Source: Dehalococcoidia bacterium (GTDB lineage Bacteria; Chloroflexota; Dehalococcoidia; UBA2979). Taken from it: 64,000 nt of DNA. Made by a program: the position numbers and the translations under genes. The DNA lies in the NCBI GenBank assembly GCA_965219085.1, contig OZ244720.1, positions 224,001 to 288,000 of the forward strand, given 5' to 3'. Below are positions 12,294-25,761 of this stretch, piece by piece (position 1 is the first letter of the stretch; every line of letters starts with the position of its first letter). The notes under the pieces are model-generated. The model saw nothing but the letters and a program-made list of their open reading frames with translations. It did no database searches and was not told the origin of the DNA.

Positions 12294-12380
12294 CCGCAGG
12301 GTTGCCAGACCCTGCCCGTACCCCTAATCTGAAAGAACGCGCGTTCTTACCACTAGCAGCTACCTGCGCGGGAGAAAGTA

Positions 12381-12608
12381 ATGAGCCAATCAACGAACGG
12401 CGGTGGGGATCGCGAGGGAACTCCCGCCAACCGGATGGTGGACTTGAGAGAAGCCGCCCGAAAGGGTGTGGAGACGATCGACTTGGGCGACGTTGCTCCG
12501 ACAAAGCCAACCAACTTGAACCCGTTCGAGACGACCAAGCCAATCGAGCCGCCAGCGCAGACCAGTCCCCCAGACGCTTCTGCTAGCGAGGACACCGAGA
12601 GCGACTAG
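12381..12608 (+). CDS. Small Pro/Thr-rich hypothetical protein (75 aa)
   Basis: GGAG RBS; open frame in a visibly lower-GC islet; ends 8 nt before the next gene. Confidence 0.45.
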   Translation: MSQSTNGGGDREGTPANRMVDLREAARKGVETIDLGDVAPTKPTNLNPFETTKPIEPPAQTSPPDASASEDTESD

Positions 12609-12616
12609 AGCAAACG

Positions 12617-13320
12617 GTGCCTGCCACGCTCGAGGCCGCCGCAGTCATCGCGATCTTCGTCGTTCCCGGGTTCGTGGGATTCTATGTCTCTCGCGAATTG
12701 ACGCCCTTCCGATCCGGCAGGTCTCCGATGTTGAAATGGTGCTGCTCAGCAGCGCCCTCGCAACGGTGATACTCACTGTCGAGATCATGGTGTACGGGGG
12801 GATCTCGCTGTTAGCCTCCGACTACCCCTTGCTGGCGGGGTTCTCAGTCGACGAGATCCGCGACCCGGGCTACCGCGCTGCATTCCAAGAGCACCCCGCC
12901 CGCGTAGCCGGCGGCTTCAGCGTCCAATTCGTCCTGCATTGCGTGATCGTGGGTGTCTTTGGATGGAAGGATCCGCTGGGTAAGAGACTCGAACGAACGC
13001 GCCGCGCGAGGGGCACTTCCGCCGAGGACGTGTGGAGCCGCGGACTGATCGGCCTGCGCCAAGAAGAAGGGCTTCCCTCCACGTACGTCCGGGCCGTACT
13101 TGAAACGGGCGAGACGTACACGGGGATCCTTTCGAAGATCAGTAACTCACCACACGACGATGGGAACCGTGACCTCGTCCTGCAGGCCGTGAGCAAGTCC
13201 GCTTCACCCGAGGAGCGACCCATGCCCCTGCATCCGGAACGCCCTCAAGACACTGTCGTCGCCCTCTCGACCAGGAACATTCGAGCAGTCGAGGCGATCT
13301 TCCACGACCAGTTCGAGTAA
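12617..13320 (+). pseudogene. DUF6338-like membrane protein, frameshift near 12710-12720
   Basis: GTG-started MPATLEAAAVIAIFVVPGFVGF...RS is out of frame with QVSDVEMVLLSS...TYTGIL...DLVLQ. Confidence 0.55.
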
Positions 13321-13402
13321 CGACCGCCCACGCGGCCTCACCCGAACTGGCCGATTCGTCGGTACGAGGGATCAGCGCGCCGTTCGACGCGCCGTGGCCT
13401 CC

Positions 13403-13912
13403 CTACCAGAACTTCCACCACGGCTTGCCGCCGCCCGCCGACACCATGCCCGCCGTCAGGCGCGCCGTGCCAACGGAGCGCTCCACGGCCTCCTGGCTGG
13501 CCCGGGGCACGTTCTCGACATGCCGGGGAATGAGTTCGTACAGCACGTCCATGTCTTCGGGCGTGAAGCGGTCGCGGGCGACCGTCTGCACCAGCGCTGC
13601 GTGGTGCATCGCCATTGCGCCCGGGACGCGCTCGAACGCCTTGTCGTAGGCGTTCGCCACGTCCTGCGCGCGGCTGAGGTTGTCGCCGGCAAGGCTCATC
13701 CACGATCGCAGACGGGCCTCGGTGAAGTCGGCCAGTTGCTCGTCCTCGAGCGTGTACTCGGCGCGGATCATCGACTCGGCCTGCTGCTCGCGCGCAGCCA
13801 ACTCGTGCCCGGCCAGTGCCTCGAAGCGCTGCTGCATCTGGGAGACGCGAGCGTCCCCCTCCGTGCCACTGAGTTCCGACCACGTCATGTCCGGTTGCGG
13901 TTCGTTCGTCAT
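13403..13912 (-). CDS. Hypothetical helical protein with C-terminal KPWWKFW tail
   Basis: GAGG RBS before ATG 13912; host-like codon usage. Confidence 0.65.
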   Translation of the reverse strand: MTNEPQPDMTWSELSGTEGDARVSQMQQRFEALAGHELAAREQQAESMIRAEYTLEDEQLADFTEARLRSWMSLAGDNLSRAQDVANAYDKAFERVPGAMAMHHAALVQTVARDRFTPEDMDVLYELIPRHVENVPRASQEAVERSVGTARLTAGMVSAGGGKPWWKFW

Positions 13913-13992
13913 CGCCTCTTCCTTCCCGCGCGGGCAGAACACGGTACGCTCCACACGAGAGCGGGCCAACCCTGCTGGCGGGAAGGTAACAA

Positions 13993-14532
13993 ATGGCGAC
14001 CTTCCATCTCCACCTCCCCGACGCGCGCATCGTCGCGCTGGCCATCACCTACCACCTCGGCCGCCCCGGATCGGAGACCGACGCGGCCACGCTGCAGCGC
14101 CACTCGCTCGGCCTCGGACCCGTCCTCGAAGCCCTCGGACCGCAGCTCGGCGCCGCTGCCGGGGAGTCCGAGCTCGTCGAGCTGGAGCTGTCGGCGTACC
14201 AGGTCACCCGGCTCGGGGCGGCGCTGCACGGGACGGTCAACGAGCTCAAGCAGTTCGGCATGGCCGGCGGCCGATCGGCCGTACCGGGGTTCGCCGAGGC
14301 GTTCGGGCGCCTGTTTCCGGACGCCACCGACGGCGAACTCGGAGCCGGCGCGCTGGACCTCGTCCCTCACGCCGTGGGCCTGCGCCGCCGCCTCGCGGCC
14401 GCCGTCCGCGAGGCGGAGGCGGAGGTCGAGGCCGCCCAGGAGGCCGCGCGCGTCGAGGCGCAACGACAGCAGCGGGGCCGCCTGGGACGGCTGCGGGCGC
14501 GCCTCGCGGGATTGCTGGGGTCGCGCGGCTGA
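13993..14532 (+). CDS. Hypothetical protein
   Basis: AAGGT RBS; host-like codon bias; amphipathic basic C-terminus. Confidence 0.65.
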   Translation: MATFHLHLPDARIVALAITYHLGRPGSETDAATLQRHSLGLGPVLEALGPQLGAAAGESELVELELSAYQVTRLGAALHGTVNELKQFGMAGGRSAVPGFAEAFGRLFPDATDGELGAGALDLVPHAVGLRRRLAAAVREAEAEVEAAQEAARVEAQRQQRGRLGRLRARLAGLLGSRG

Positions 14533-14632
14533 TAGCACGCGGTCGGCGCTTGTTCGCCAGTCCGCCCGTATCTAGACTGGCAGCGCGCGGAACGGCGCAG
14601 CGGATCACGGACACGAAGGGACCGCCAGCCGG

Positions 14633-14908
14633 ATGACGTACTACATCACCCAGCCGTGCATCGACGTGATGGACCAGTCGTGCGTGGACGTCTGTCCCGT
14701 CGACTGCATCCACTTCGAGGAAGGGGCCGATCGCATGCTCTATATCGACCCCGACGAGTGCATCGACTGCGGCGCTTGCGAGCCCGCCTGCCCGGTGGAC
14801 GCGATCTATGCCGAGGATGACCTCCCCGACGACCAGTCCTCCTTCGCCGAGATCAACGTCGTCTGGTTCCAGGACCGTGACGACGCGCGCTCGAAGGTGC
14901 CCGCCTGA
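14633..14908 (+). CDS. Dicluster ferredoxin (FdxA-like)
   Basis: [17 protein letters not shown] and [12 protein letters not shown] motifs. Confidence 0.93.
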   Translation: MTYYITQPCIDVMDQSCVDVCPVDCIHFEEGADRMLYIDPDECIDCGACEPACPVDAIYAEDDLPDDQSSFAEINVVWFQDRDDARSKVPA

Positions 14909-14937
14909 GCCGCTAACTCGCCCGGTTCCGGGAGTGC

Positions 14938-14969
14938 AGAAGCGCCGCTTGTGCGGCGCTTCTTGTTGT
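14938..14969 (+). terminator. Intrinsic terminator after ferredoxin
   Basis: 11-bp stem AGAAGCGCCGC-TTGT-GCGGCGCTTCT followed by TGTTGT, between convergent genes. Confidence 0.7.
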
Positions 14970-15006
14970 CCCACGCGGTCCGCGGCCCGGGCGCGAACGG
15001 TCCCGG

Positions 15007-15819
15007 TCAGGGGGCCTGGTTGCCCTCCAGCATCGGCAAGTCGTCGTGGTGCAGGAATTCGCGGTGCTCCTGCACCGGGTGGGACTCCAGCCGCACGCCG
15101 CCGTGCGGCTCCAGGTAGACGAGCAGGACCGCGCCCCCCGTCTTGCCCGCGAGGCCGTCGGGCGCGCCCGAGTAGGCCGCCACGGTGTTGTCGCCCGCGT
15201 TCACGCGTGTCTGCTGCTCCCAGTGACCGAGCGCGATGTAGTCGTGGTCGAGCACCGCGAGGTGTTCCTCGTAGATGTGGTAGGAGCTATGCGTCCCGGC
15301 GCGCGGGTGCAGGAAGTGGCCGTGGCCGATACCGATGTGCCAGTCCGCGTCGCCTCGCAACGGTGCATCGCCGAAGGGGCTGAAGTCCGCATCGAGGTGG
15401 CTGCGGCCCCACAACTCGACGCTGAGCTCGGGGAGCGTGACGGTCTCGCCGTCGGCCTCGCGCATCAGAATCAGGTTCGGGGCCATGTGCGTGAGGTCGA
15501 GCCGGTCGTACACAGAGCCGGGCCCGACGTGGTCGTGGTTGCCGGGCAGCAGCACCACCGGGCCCGGCACGCGTCGCAGCTGCTCGGCCGCGAACTCCAT
15601 CGTGTCCTCGCGGACACGAGCGTTATCAAAGAAGTCGCCGGCGATGATCATGAAGTCGACCTCGAACTGGATCGTCAGGTCGACCACCGCGGTGAAGGTG
15701 TCGTGCATCTCCTGGCGGCGCCGCACCGAGCGCTCCTGGTGACTGTGGTCGTACGCACCGAGGTGTACGTCCGAGGTGTGCAGGAATCGCAGTGCGCGCC
15801 GTTCCGCGCTGCTGTTCAC
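15007..15819 (-). CDS. Calcineurin-like metallophosphoesterase (SbcD/Mre11-like)
   Basis: HTSDVHLG, AGDFFD, PGNHD, DYIALGHW, YSG.P motifs. Confidence 0.85.
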   Translation of the reverse strand: MNSSAERRALRFLHTSDVHLGAYDHSHQERSVRRRQEMHDTFTAVVDLTIQFEVDFMIIAGDFFDNARVREDTMEFAAEQLRRVPGPVVLLPGNHDHVGPGSVYDRLDLTHMAPNLILMREADGETVTLPELSVELWGRSHLDADFSPFGDAPLRGDADWHIGIGHGHFLHPRAGTHSSYHIYEEHLAVLDHDYIALGHWEQQTRVNAGDNTVAAYSGAPDGLAGKTGGAVLLVYLEPHGGVRLESHPVQEHREFLHHDDLPMLEGNQAP

Positions 15820-17177
15820 GCGACACCCCCTTCCGGTTGCAGCTCATCGATGCGCTGCCGCAGTGCCTCCACCAGCCCGCTGATGGGCACCCGAATCTGC
15901 GACATGGTATCCCGATCCCGGATGGTTGCGGCATCGTCGTCGAGACTGTCGAAGTCGACCGTCACGCACAGCGGTGTGCCGACCTCGTCCTGGCGCCGGT
16001 AGCGGCGCCCGATCGACTGTGCGTCGTCGAACTGGGTGCGGAAGTGCGGCCGCAGCGCATCCCACACCCCTCGCGCCGTCGGCGCGAGGCGCTCGTTGCG
16101 CGACAGCGGCAGCACGGCGACCGTTACGGGCGCCACATGCGGCGCGAGCCGCAGCAGCACGCGCTTCTCGCCGCGGTCGTCGATCTCCTCGTCGTACGCG
16201 TCGACGAGGAGCGTGAGCAGGATGCGGTCGACGCCGGCCGCCGGTTCGACGACGTGCGGGACGATGTGCTCCTCGCGTTGTGGGTCGAAGTACGACAGCG
16301 TCTTGCCGGACGCCTCGGCGTGCGCGCTCAGGTCGAAGTCGCCACGGTGTGCGATGCCTTCGAGTTCGCCCCAGCCCCACGGGTACAGGTACTCGACGTC
16401 CGAGGTCGCGCTCGAGTAGTGCGAGAGCTCCTCGGGCGTGTGGTCGCGGAGCCGTAGCCGGTCCGGGCGCACGCCGAGCGAGTGGTACCAGGCGAGGCGC
16501 TCCTGCTTCCAGTACTCGTGTTGCGCGATCGAGTCGGCGGGGTCGCAGAAGTACTCCATCTCCATCTGCTCGAACTCGAGCATCCGGAACGTGAAGTGCC
16601 CCGTCGTGATCTCGTTGCGGAACGACTTCCCGACCTGCGCGATGCCGAACGGCAGCCGCCGCCGGGTGCTCTGCAGCACGTTGTCGAAGTTCACGAACAT
16701 GCCTTGCGCCGTCTCCGGGCGCAGGTACGCCGTTGCCGCGTCGTCCTGCACCGCGCCGACGAGCGTGCGGAACAGCAGGTTGAACTGCCGCTCCTCCGTG
16801 AACCGTCCGACCGCGCCGCAGACCGGACACGTGTCGTCCTCGATGTGGTCGGCGCGCACGCGCGAGCGGCACTCGAGGCAGTCGACGAGCGGGTCGGTGA
16901 AGCCGTCAACGTGCCCGGAGGCCTTCCAGACGGCGGGGTTGGTGATGATCGCCGCCTCGATGCCGACGACGTCGCTGCGCTCCTGGACCATCCGCCGCCA
17001 CCACAGTTCGCGGATGTTGCGCTTCATCTCGACGCCGAGCGGGCCGTAGTCGTAGGTGGAGGCGAAGCCGCCGTAGATCTCGGCCGAGGGGAAGACGAAG
17101 CCTCGCCGCTTTGCCAGCGAGATCAACGTCTCCAACTCGACATTGGCGGCCACAGCCTCCGCGGGAGCCTCAGTCAC
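15816..17177 (-). CDS. glyQS: Glycine--tRNA ligase (alpha2 type)
   Basis: YDYGPLG, LRPETAQG, GKSFRNEI, SIGRRYRRQDEVGTP motifs. Confidence 0.96.
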   Translation of the reverse strand: MTEAPAEAVAANVELETLISLAKRRGFVFPSAEIYGGFASTYDYGPLGVEMKRNIRELWWRRMVQERSDVVGIEAAIITNPAVWKASGHVDGFTDPLVDCLECRSRVRADHIEDDTCPVCGAVGRFTEERQFNLLFRTLVGAVQDDAATAYLRPETAQGMFVNFDNVLQSTRRRLPFGIAQVGKSFRNEITTGHFTFRMLEFEQMEMEYFCDPADSIAQHEYWKQERLAWYHSLGVRPDRLRLRDHTPEELSHYSSATSDVEYLYPWGWGELEGIAHRGDFDLSAHAEASGKTLSYFDPQREEHIVPHVVEPAAGVDRILLTLLVDAYDEEIDDRGEKRVLLRLAPHVAPVTVAVLPLSRNERLAPTARGVWDALRPHFRTQFDDAQSIGRRYRRQDEVGTPLCVTVDFDSLDDDAATIRDRDTMSQIRVPISGLVEALRQRIDELQPEGGVA

Positions 17178-17351
17178 GCCTCACCTCGCGCTACCGTCTC
17201 GATACCTGCGCGCCGCTGGCGGCGGCCGTGGCATCGATCGTCGTCGTTCGCATGAGCCGAACCGGCTCCGCGCGATCATACGTGGCGCGCAGCGTAGCCG
17301 CCGGTGCTAGCATGATCGAGAAGCACACTCCCCGGTGACCGGAGTTCGACC

Positions 17352-17468
17352 ATGATGCGCTTGATGATGTTCCTGCTGCTCGGCGTCGCGGTTGGCCTTG
17401 CGGCCGCGCTCTACATCTCCGCCCGCGACGAGCTGGAGGCCGAGGGATCAAGCGAGGCGGGCGACTAA
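17352..17468 (+). CDS. Small single-pass membrane protein (38 aa)
   Basis: GGAG RBS; MMRLMMFLLLGVAVGLAAALYISARDELEAEGSSEAGD; below the ORF-track length cutoff. Confidence 0.55.
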   Translation: MMRLMMFLLLGVAVGLAAALYISARDELEAEGSSEAGD

Positions 17469-17546
17469 CCCGCCTCGCTCGCTACTGCCTGCTCACCGTC
17501 CGGCCCCCTGAGCGGGCGCCGGGCGGGCCTTTTCGATGACTCCGCT

Positions 17547-19601
<2,055 letters not shown>

Positions 19602-19758
19602 GATTCGTTCCCCCCGTGCACCGGATTCCCGCGGAAATCTGCGAGCAACATTGACGCCGCGATACTAAACGCGCCCGCTCGCGCACGCGAGCGCGCAGGG
19701 CCCCGAAGCTCCCATAGCGAGCGGGCTTGCGCGGATCGTGCATACCTGAGCGCGACGC

Positions 19759-20097
19759 TCAGTCAGACACCGAGTCCGGCAATTCGCCCTCCCGCGCGGC
19801 GTCGATCATCTCGCGCGTGTCGTCGGGGATGTCGAGGCCGTACTCCTCGAAGCGCTGCTCGACCCACTGGCCGATCTGGCGCGGGTCGCGGTACTCGCCG
19901 CCGTCTCCCGGCGACCCGTGCTCGTCGACGACATCCTGTGCAGTCTTCAGCCGCGCAACCTGCGACATCACGCGACTGAGCTCAGCCGAGCCGCAATGCT
20001 CGCAGCGTTGCTCGGCCGGCGCCTCCTGGCGCATCGAGCGCAGGAACACGCTCGTCACCTGCTCACAGTCGTCGCAGCGGTACTCGTAGATCGGCAT
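19759..20097 (-). CDS. FmdB-family zinc-ribbon protein
   Basis: MPIYEYRCDDC...CEHCGS.EL.R.MS. Confidence 0.85.
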   Translation of the reverse strand: MPIYEYRCDDCEQVTSVFLRSMRQEAPAEQRCEHCGSAELSRVMSQVARLKTAQDVVDEHGSPGDGGEYRDPRQIGQWVEQRFEEYGLDIPDDTREMIDAAREGELPDSVSD

Positions 20098-20125
20098 CCA
20101 GCGGTGCGAGGCGCGGCCGGGCGGC

Positions 20126-20542
20126 CTACGCCTGCTCCTTCGCCTGGCGGTCGAACTCGGCCTGCGCGCGCCGGTCCTGGACCCGGTGCTGGAAGGAGTG
20201 CCCCGCGTCGAAGCGGTCGACGGGGTCCTCGCCCGCCTCGGCCTGCTCGGCGAGTTCGCGGTAGTTGGTGCCGAGGGCTTCGTCGTACTCGGCGCCGGCG
20301 CGGCGCGCCCAGCGCGCGAAGCTCTTCTCGTCGCCATCCTGCAACGCGGCCTGCTGCGCCTCCATGTCGACCTCCTCGAGGCGCTGCGAGCCGGTGCGGT
20401 GTCGCGCGAACATGGACATCACGCGCGTCAGCTCCGTGCTCGCGCACTGCGGGCACGACGCGTTGTCCATGCTCGCCGCCGAGCGGTGGAGCACCTCGAC
20501 GCGTTCGCCGCAGCCGTCGCAGTCGTACTGGTAAATCGGCAT
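20126..20542 (-). CDS. FmdB-family zinc-ribbon protein
   Basis: MPIYQYDCDGC...CPQCAS.EL.R.MS. Confidence 0.85.
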   Translation of the reverse strand: MPIYQYDCDGCGERVEVLHRSAASMDNASCPQCASTELTRVMSMFARHRTGSQRLEEVDMEAQQAALQDGDEKSFARWARRAGAEYDEALGTNYRELAEQAEAGEDPVDRFDAGHSFQHRVQDRRAQAEFDRQAKEQA

Positions 20543-20614
20543 GGCGGGAGTGTAGCCGCCGCGCGCTATGTCTGGGTACTCATCGCGCGCCGCGCTGGGG
20601 CAGGCCCGCCCCGC

Positions 20615-20995
20615 TCATCCCTCGACGGCGTTGACGACGTGCTCGAACGACGCCACCGAGCCGTCCTCGCCGAGGTCGATCGCGACCACGTCGATGCGCT
20701 GCTGCTCGGGGAGCTCCGGGTGCTCGGCGGCGTACGCCAGCGCGAGGTCGCGCAGGCGGCGTTGCTTCGCCGGGCTCAGCGCCTCGATCGCCCGCCCGGC
20801 ATGGCCCGGGCGCCGCAACTTCACCTCGACGAACACGAGCGTGCCGCCCTCGACGGCCCCGTCGAGGGCCACGAGGTCGACCTCGCCCTCGCGACGCCGC
20901 ACGTTGCGCGCGATCAACTCGTAGCCGCGCCCTCGCAGGTAGTCGGCGGCGAGCCGCTCACCGGAGCGGCCAAGGCGGTCGGTCGGCCTCGTCAT
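20615..20995 (-). CDS. YraN family endonuclease-like protein
   Basis: G..GE.LAA.YL...GY.LIARN, GEVDLVA, LVFVEVK, RIDVVAI. Confidence 0.9.
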   Translation of the reverse strand: MTRPTDRLGRSGERLAADYLRGRGYELIARNVRRREGEVDLVALDGAVEGGTLVFVEVKLRRPGHAGRAIEALSPAKQRRLRDLALAYAAEHPELPEQQRIDVVAIDLGEDGSVASFEHVVNAVEG

Positions 20996-21002
20996 GGTGT
21001 CG

Positions 21003-21707
21003 TCAGACGGCGCGCCCCGCGGCGGCAGACGCGATCCTGACCGACCGGGCGCGGAGCGCGTCGAGCACGGGCGCGAAGAGCAGGCGGTGCACGCTCGAGG
21101 GGCCAAGCTCGCGCAGGGCCCGCCTGTGGTCGGCGGTCGCGTAGCCCTTGTTGCTCGCGAAGCCGTAGCCGGAGAAGCGGGCGTCGAGGCCGTCCATCAT
21201 CGCGTCGCGCGCGACCTTCGCGACGATGCTCGCCGCGGCCACCGAGGGGCACAGCGCGTCGCCGTCGATGACGGCGCGCTGCGGCGCATCGCACTCGACG
21301 ACCTCTCGCCCGTCGACGATGAGCGCGTCGGGCGGCGTGGGGAGGGCGAGCACCGCGCGTCGCATCGCGAGTCGCGTCGCGCGCGTCATGCCGAGTTGGT
21401 CGATGACGTGCGGCGAGACGACGCCGATGCCCCAGTCGCAGTGCGCGCGCACCTCGGCGGCGAGTTCCTCGCGCGTCGGCGCGTCGAGGAGCTTCGAGTC
21501 GCGCAGCCGCCCGACCCAGCGCGCCCGCGAGTACGGCAACACGACGGCGCCGGCGACGACCGGCCCGGCGAGCGGCCCGCGCCCCACCTCATCGACGCCC
21601 GCGACGCGTGCAAACCCCTCGCGCCAGATCGCGTTCTCGACCTGCCACGTGGGTTTGGCGGTGCGTCGGGGCTTGAGTTGGGGCAGCAGGGGTTTCGAGG
21701 TGGCCAC
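21003..21707 (-). CDS. rnhB: Ribonuclease HII
   Basis: GVDEVGRGPLAGPV, LRDSKLL, AAASIVAKVARD, NKGY. Confidence 0.95.
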   Translation of the reverse strand: MATSKPLLPQLKPRRTAKPTWQVENAIWREGFARVAGVDEVGRGPLAGPVVAGAVVLPYSRARWVGRLRDSKLLDAPTREELAAEVRAHCDWGIGVVSPHVIDQLGMTRATRLAMRRAVLALPTPPDALIVDGREVVECDAPQRAVIDGDALCPSVAAASIVAKVARDAMMDGLDARFSGYGFASNKGYATADHRRALRELGPSSVHRLLFAPVLDALRARSVRIASAAAGRAV

Positions 21708-21964
21708 GCGGCATCCTAGGCACGGCTATACCGATCGGGCAAGTGAGTGGTTGTCTGCCGGTTAGGGTCGCGTCGGTGGTCTCGCTATCCTCGCCCGATA
21801 GGCGCAGTCAGAGCTCCATGTGGTGCTGGAACGCCGGCGACGCGCCGAGCCAACGCGCCCGGCACAAACGGGCCCGGTGCTACACTGGACTCGGACCCAG
21901 CGGGGGGTATGCCACGGCGGATGGGGGAACATCCCAGCCCGCCGTGTGGGAACGACGGAGCGCG

Positions 21965-23947
<1,983 letters not shown>

Positions 23948-23971
23948 CCAACGTCACCCGACACGCACGAG

Positions 23972-23994
23972 AACGGGATCTTCGAGGTCCCGTT
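23972..23994. terminator. Hairpin after ftsH
   Basis: AACGGGATC...GGTCCCGTT stem between convergent ftsH and dedA. Confidence 0.5.
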
Positions 23995-23995
23995 G

Positions 23996-24040
23996 CTCTG
24001 TGCGGCTCTCTGCGGCTCTGTGCAGCTCTGTGCGCCTCTC
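23996..24040. repeat. 10-bp tandem repeat (CTCTGTGCGG-like, about 4.5 copies)
   Basis: ctctgtgcgg ctctctgcgg ctctgtgcag ctctgtgcgc ctctc. Confidence 0.7.
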
Positions 24041-24053
24041 GGGATGCGAGCGG

Positions 24054-24776
24054 CTACGCGCCTCGATCGTCGCGGGCGGTCTCAGTCGGCTCGGCTGTTG
24101 CCTCGGCCTCGGCCTCGGCACGGACTCGGCCGTAGGCGCGCGAGTACTCGCGGCGGAAGAGCACGTAGAGGGCGACCGCGACTGCCGCGAGGCCGAGGCG
24201 CAGCGCGGGATGGTGCTCGAGCGTGCCCTCCTCGGTCAGCACGGCCTGGCCGAGCAGCCATCCGGCGCCGACCCAGCCCGTGTTGGAGATGACCGCGCCG
24301 AGGTAGTCGAGGGGCATCCACACGCGCAGCGGCAACCGCAGCGCGCCCGCGCCCACCGCGCCGACCGCCCGCGTCCACGGGCTGAAGTGGTAGAAGGGGA
24401 TCAGCCACCGCGCGCGCCCCTCCATGACCGCGCGCCCCGCGCGCAGGTGGGTGCCGAACCGCGACGCCTCGAGCCGCGTGCCGCCCCAGCGCCCGATCGC
24501 GTAGGAGATCGTGTCACCCGTGATGGTGCCGGCGATCGCGAGCGCCCAGACGAGGCCGATGGGCGTCCCATGCTCGCCCGCGAACGCGCCGCCGAGGAAG
24601 ATCATCACCGTGCCCGGGAACACCCACCCGAGGCCCACCGTCGCCTCGATGAGCGCAGCGAGGTACACCATCGGCGAGCCGTAGCGGTCGTAGAGCGCCT
24701 TCATCGCGAGGAAGCCCTGGTCGGCGACCCAGTTGAGGAAGTCGTACGGGGCCGTGAGGATGTCTACGAATTCCAC
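24054..24776 (-). CDS. DedA family membrane protein
   Basis: E...G.G..FPG..., G.ITGD.ISY.IGR..G pattern. Confidence 0.85.
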   Translation of the reverse strand: MEFVDILTAPYDFLNWVADQGFLAMKALYDRYGSPMVYLAALIEATVGLGWVFPGTVMIFLGGAFAGEHGTPIGLVWALAIAGTITGDTISYAIGRWGGTRLEASRFGTHLRAGRAVMEGRARWLIPFYHFSPWTRAVGAVGAGALRLPLRVWMPLDYLGAVISNTGWVGAGWLLGQAVLTEEGTLEHHPALRLGLAAVAVALYVLFRREYSRAYGRVRAEAEAEATAEPTETARDDRGA

Positions 24777-24875
24777 TGTGGTTCCTCGGCGCTACGGGGA
24801 GTGCGCCGCCGTTCGTTGACGCTGCGCGACGGCCCGCCCTAGGATCGACCGATAGCCCGACTGGCGGAAGGCCGT

Positions 24876-25193
24876 ATGTACGCAATCATCCGCACCGGCG
24901 GTAAGCAGTTCCGTGTCTCGGCAGGCGACCACATCGCCGTCGAGCGACTCGACGCCGCCGAGGGCGACGAGGTCACCCTCGATGACGTGCTGCTCGTCGG
25001 CGGCGACGACGGCGTCGCGGTCGGCAGCCCGACGGTCGACGGCGCCTCGGTGGCGGCGCGCGTAGACGAACACTACCGCGACCGCAAGGTGACGGTCTTC
25101 AAGTACAAGAACAAGACGCGGCGACGCGTGCTGCGCGGGCATCGCCAGCAGCGCACGCGCCTCACGATCACCGGCATCACGTCCGGCAGCTAG
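24876..25193 (+). CDS. rplU: 50S ribosomal protein L21
   Basis: MYAIIRTGGKQFRV...FKYK.K....GHRQ. Confidence 0.97.
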   Translation: MYAIIRTGGKQFRVSAGDHIAVERLDAAEGDEVTLDDVLLVGGDDGVAVGSPTVDGASVAARVDEHYRDRKVTVFKYKNKTRRRVLRGHRQQRTRLTITGITSGS

Positions 25194-25211
25194 CGAGCAG
25201 GGGGCAGCGCC

Positions 25212-25484
25212 ATGGCGCACAAGAAGTCTGGTGGCTCAAGCCGTAACGGCCGAGACTCGAACGCTAAGCGGCTCGGCGTGAAACGCTACGACGGCCAGGT
25301 CGTCACGGCAGGCTCGATCATCGTCCGCCAGCGCGGCACGCGCATCCACGCCGGCGAGAACGTCGGCGTCGGCCGCGACCACACGCTGTGGGCGAAGGTC
25401 GACGGCACGGTGAAGTTCGCGCCCTTCGCCAAGAACCGACGCAAGCAAGTCTCGATACTTCCGCTCGAGGCCGAGACGGTCTAA
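25212..25484 (+). CDS. rpmA: 50S ribosomal protein L27
   Basis: [23 protein letters not shown]. Confidence 0.98.
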   Translation: MAHKKSGGSSRNGRDSNAKRLGVKRYDGQVVTAGSIIVRQRGTRIHAGENVGVGRDHTLWAKVDGTVKFAPFAKNRRKQVSILPLEAETV

Positions 25485-25497
25485 CGAGGGCCCCACC

Positions 25498-25761
25498 ATG
25501 AAGTCCGAGATCCACCCCGAGTACCACCCCGTCGTCTTCGTCGATATCTCGACGGGCGAGGAGTTCCTCACGCGGTCCACGCTCACCTCCGAGGAGCGCC
25601 GCGAGGTCGACGGCGTCGAGGCGTACGTCGTGCGCGTCGAGGTGAGCTCCAGCTCGCACCCGTACTTCACGGGCGAGCAGCGCATCGTCGACAGCGCCGG
25701 GCAGGTCGAGCGCTTCCGCCGTCGCTACGCGCGCCACCTCGAGGACTCGGACGACAGCTAG
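25498..25761 (+). CDS. rpmE2: 50S ribosomal protein L31, type B (Cys-free)
   Basis: [14 protein letters not shown]...F.TRST...SS.SHPYFTG; no cysteines. Confidence 0.9.
   Translation: MKSEIHPEYHPVVFVDISTGEEFLTRSTLTSEERREVDGVEAYVVRVEVSSSSHPYFTGEQRIVDSAGQVERFRRRYARHLEDSDDS

Noticed and set aside
14906-14916. Sec readthrough at the ferredoxin TGA
   Set aside because: Protein is complete, there is no Cys-like context at the stop, and a terminator follows
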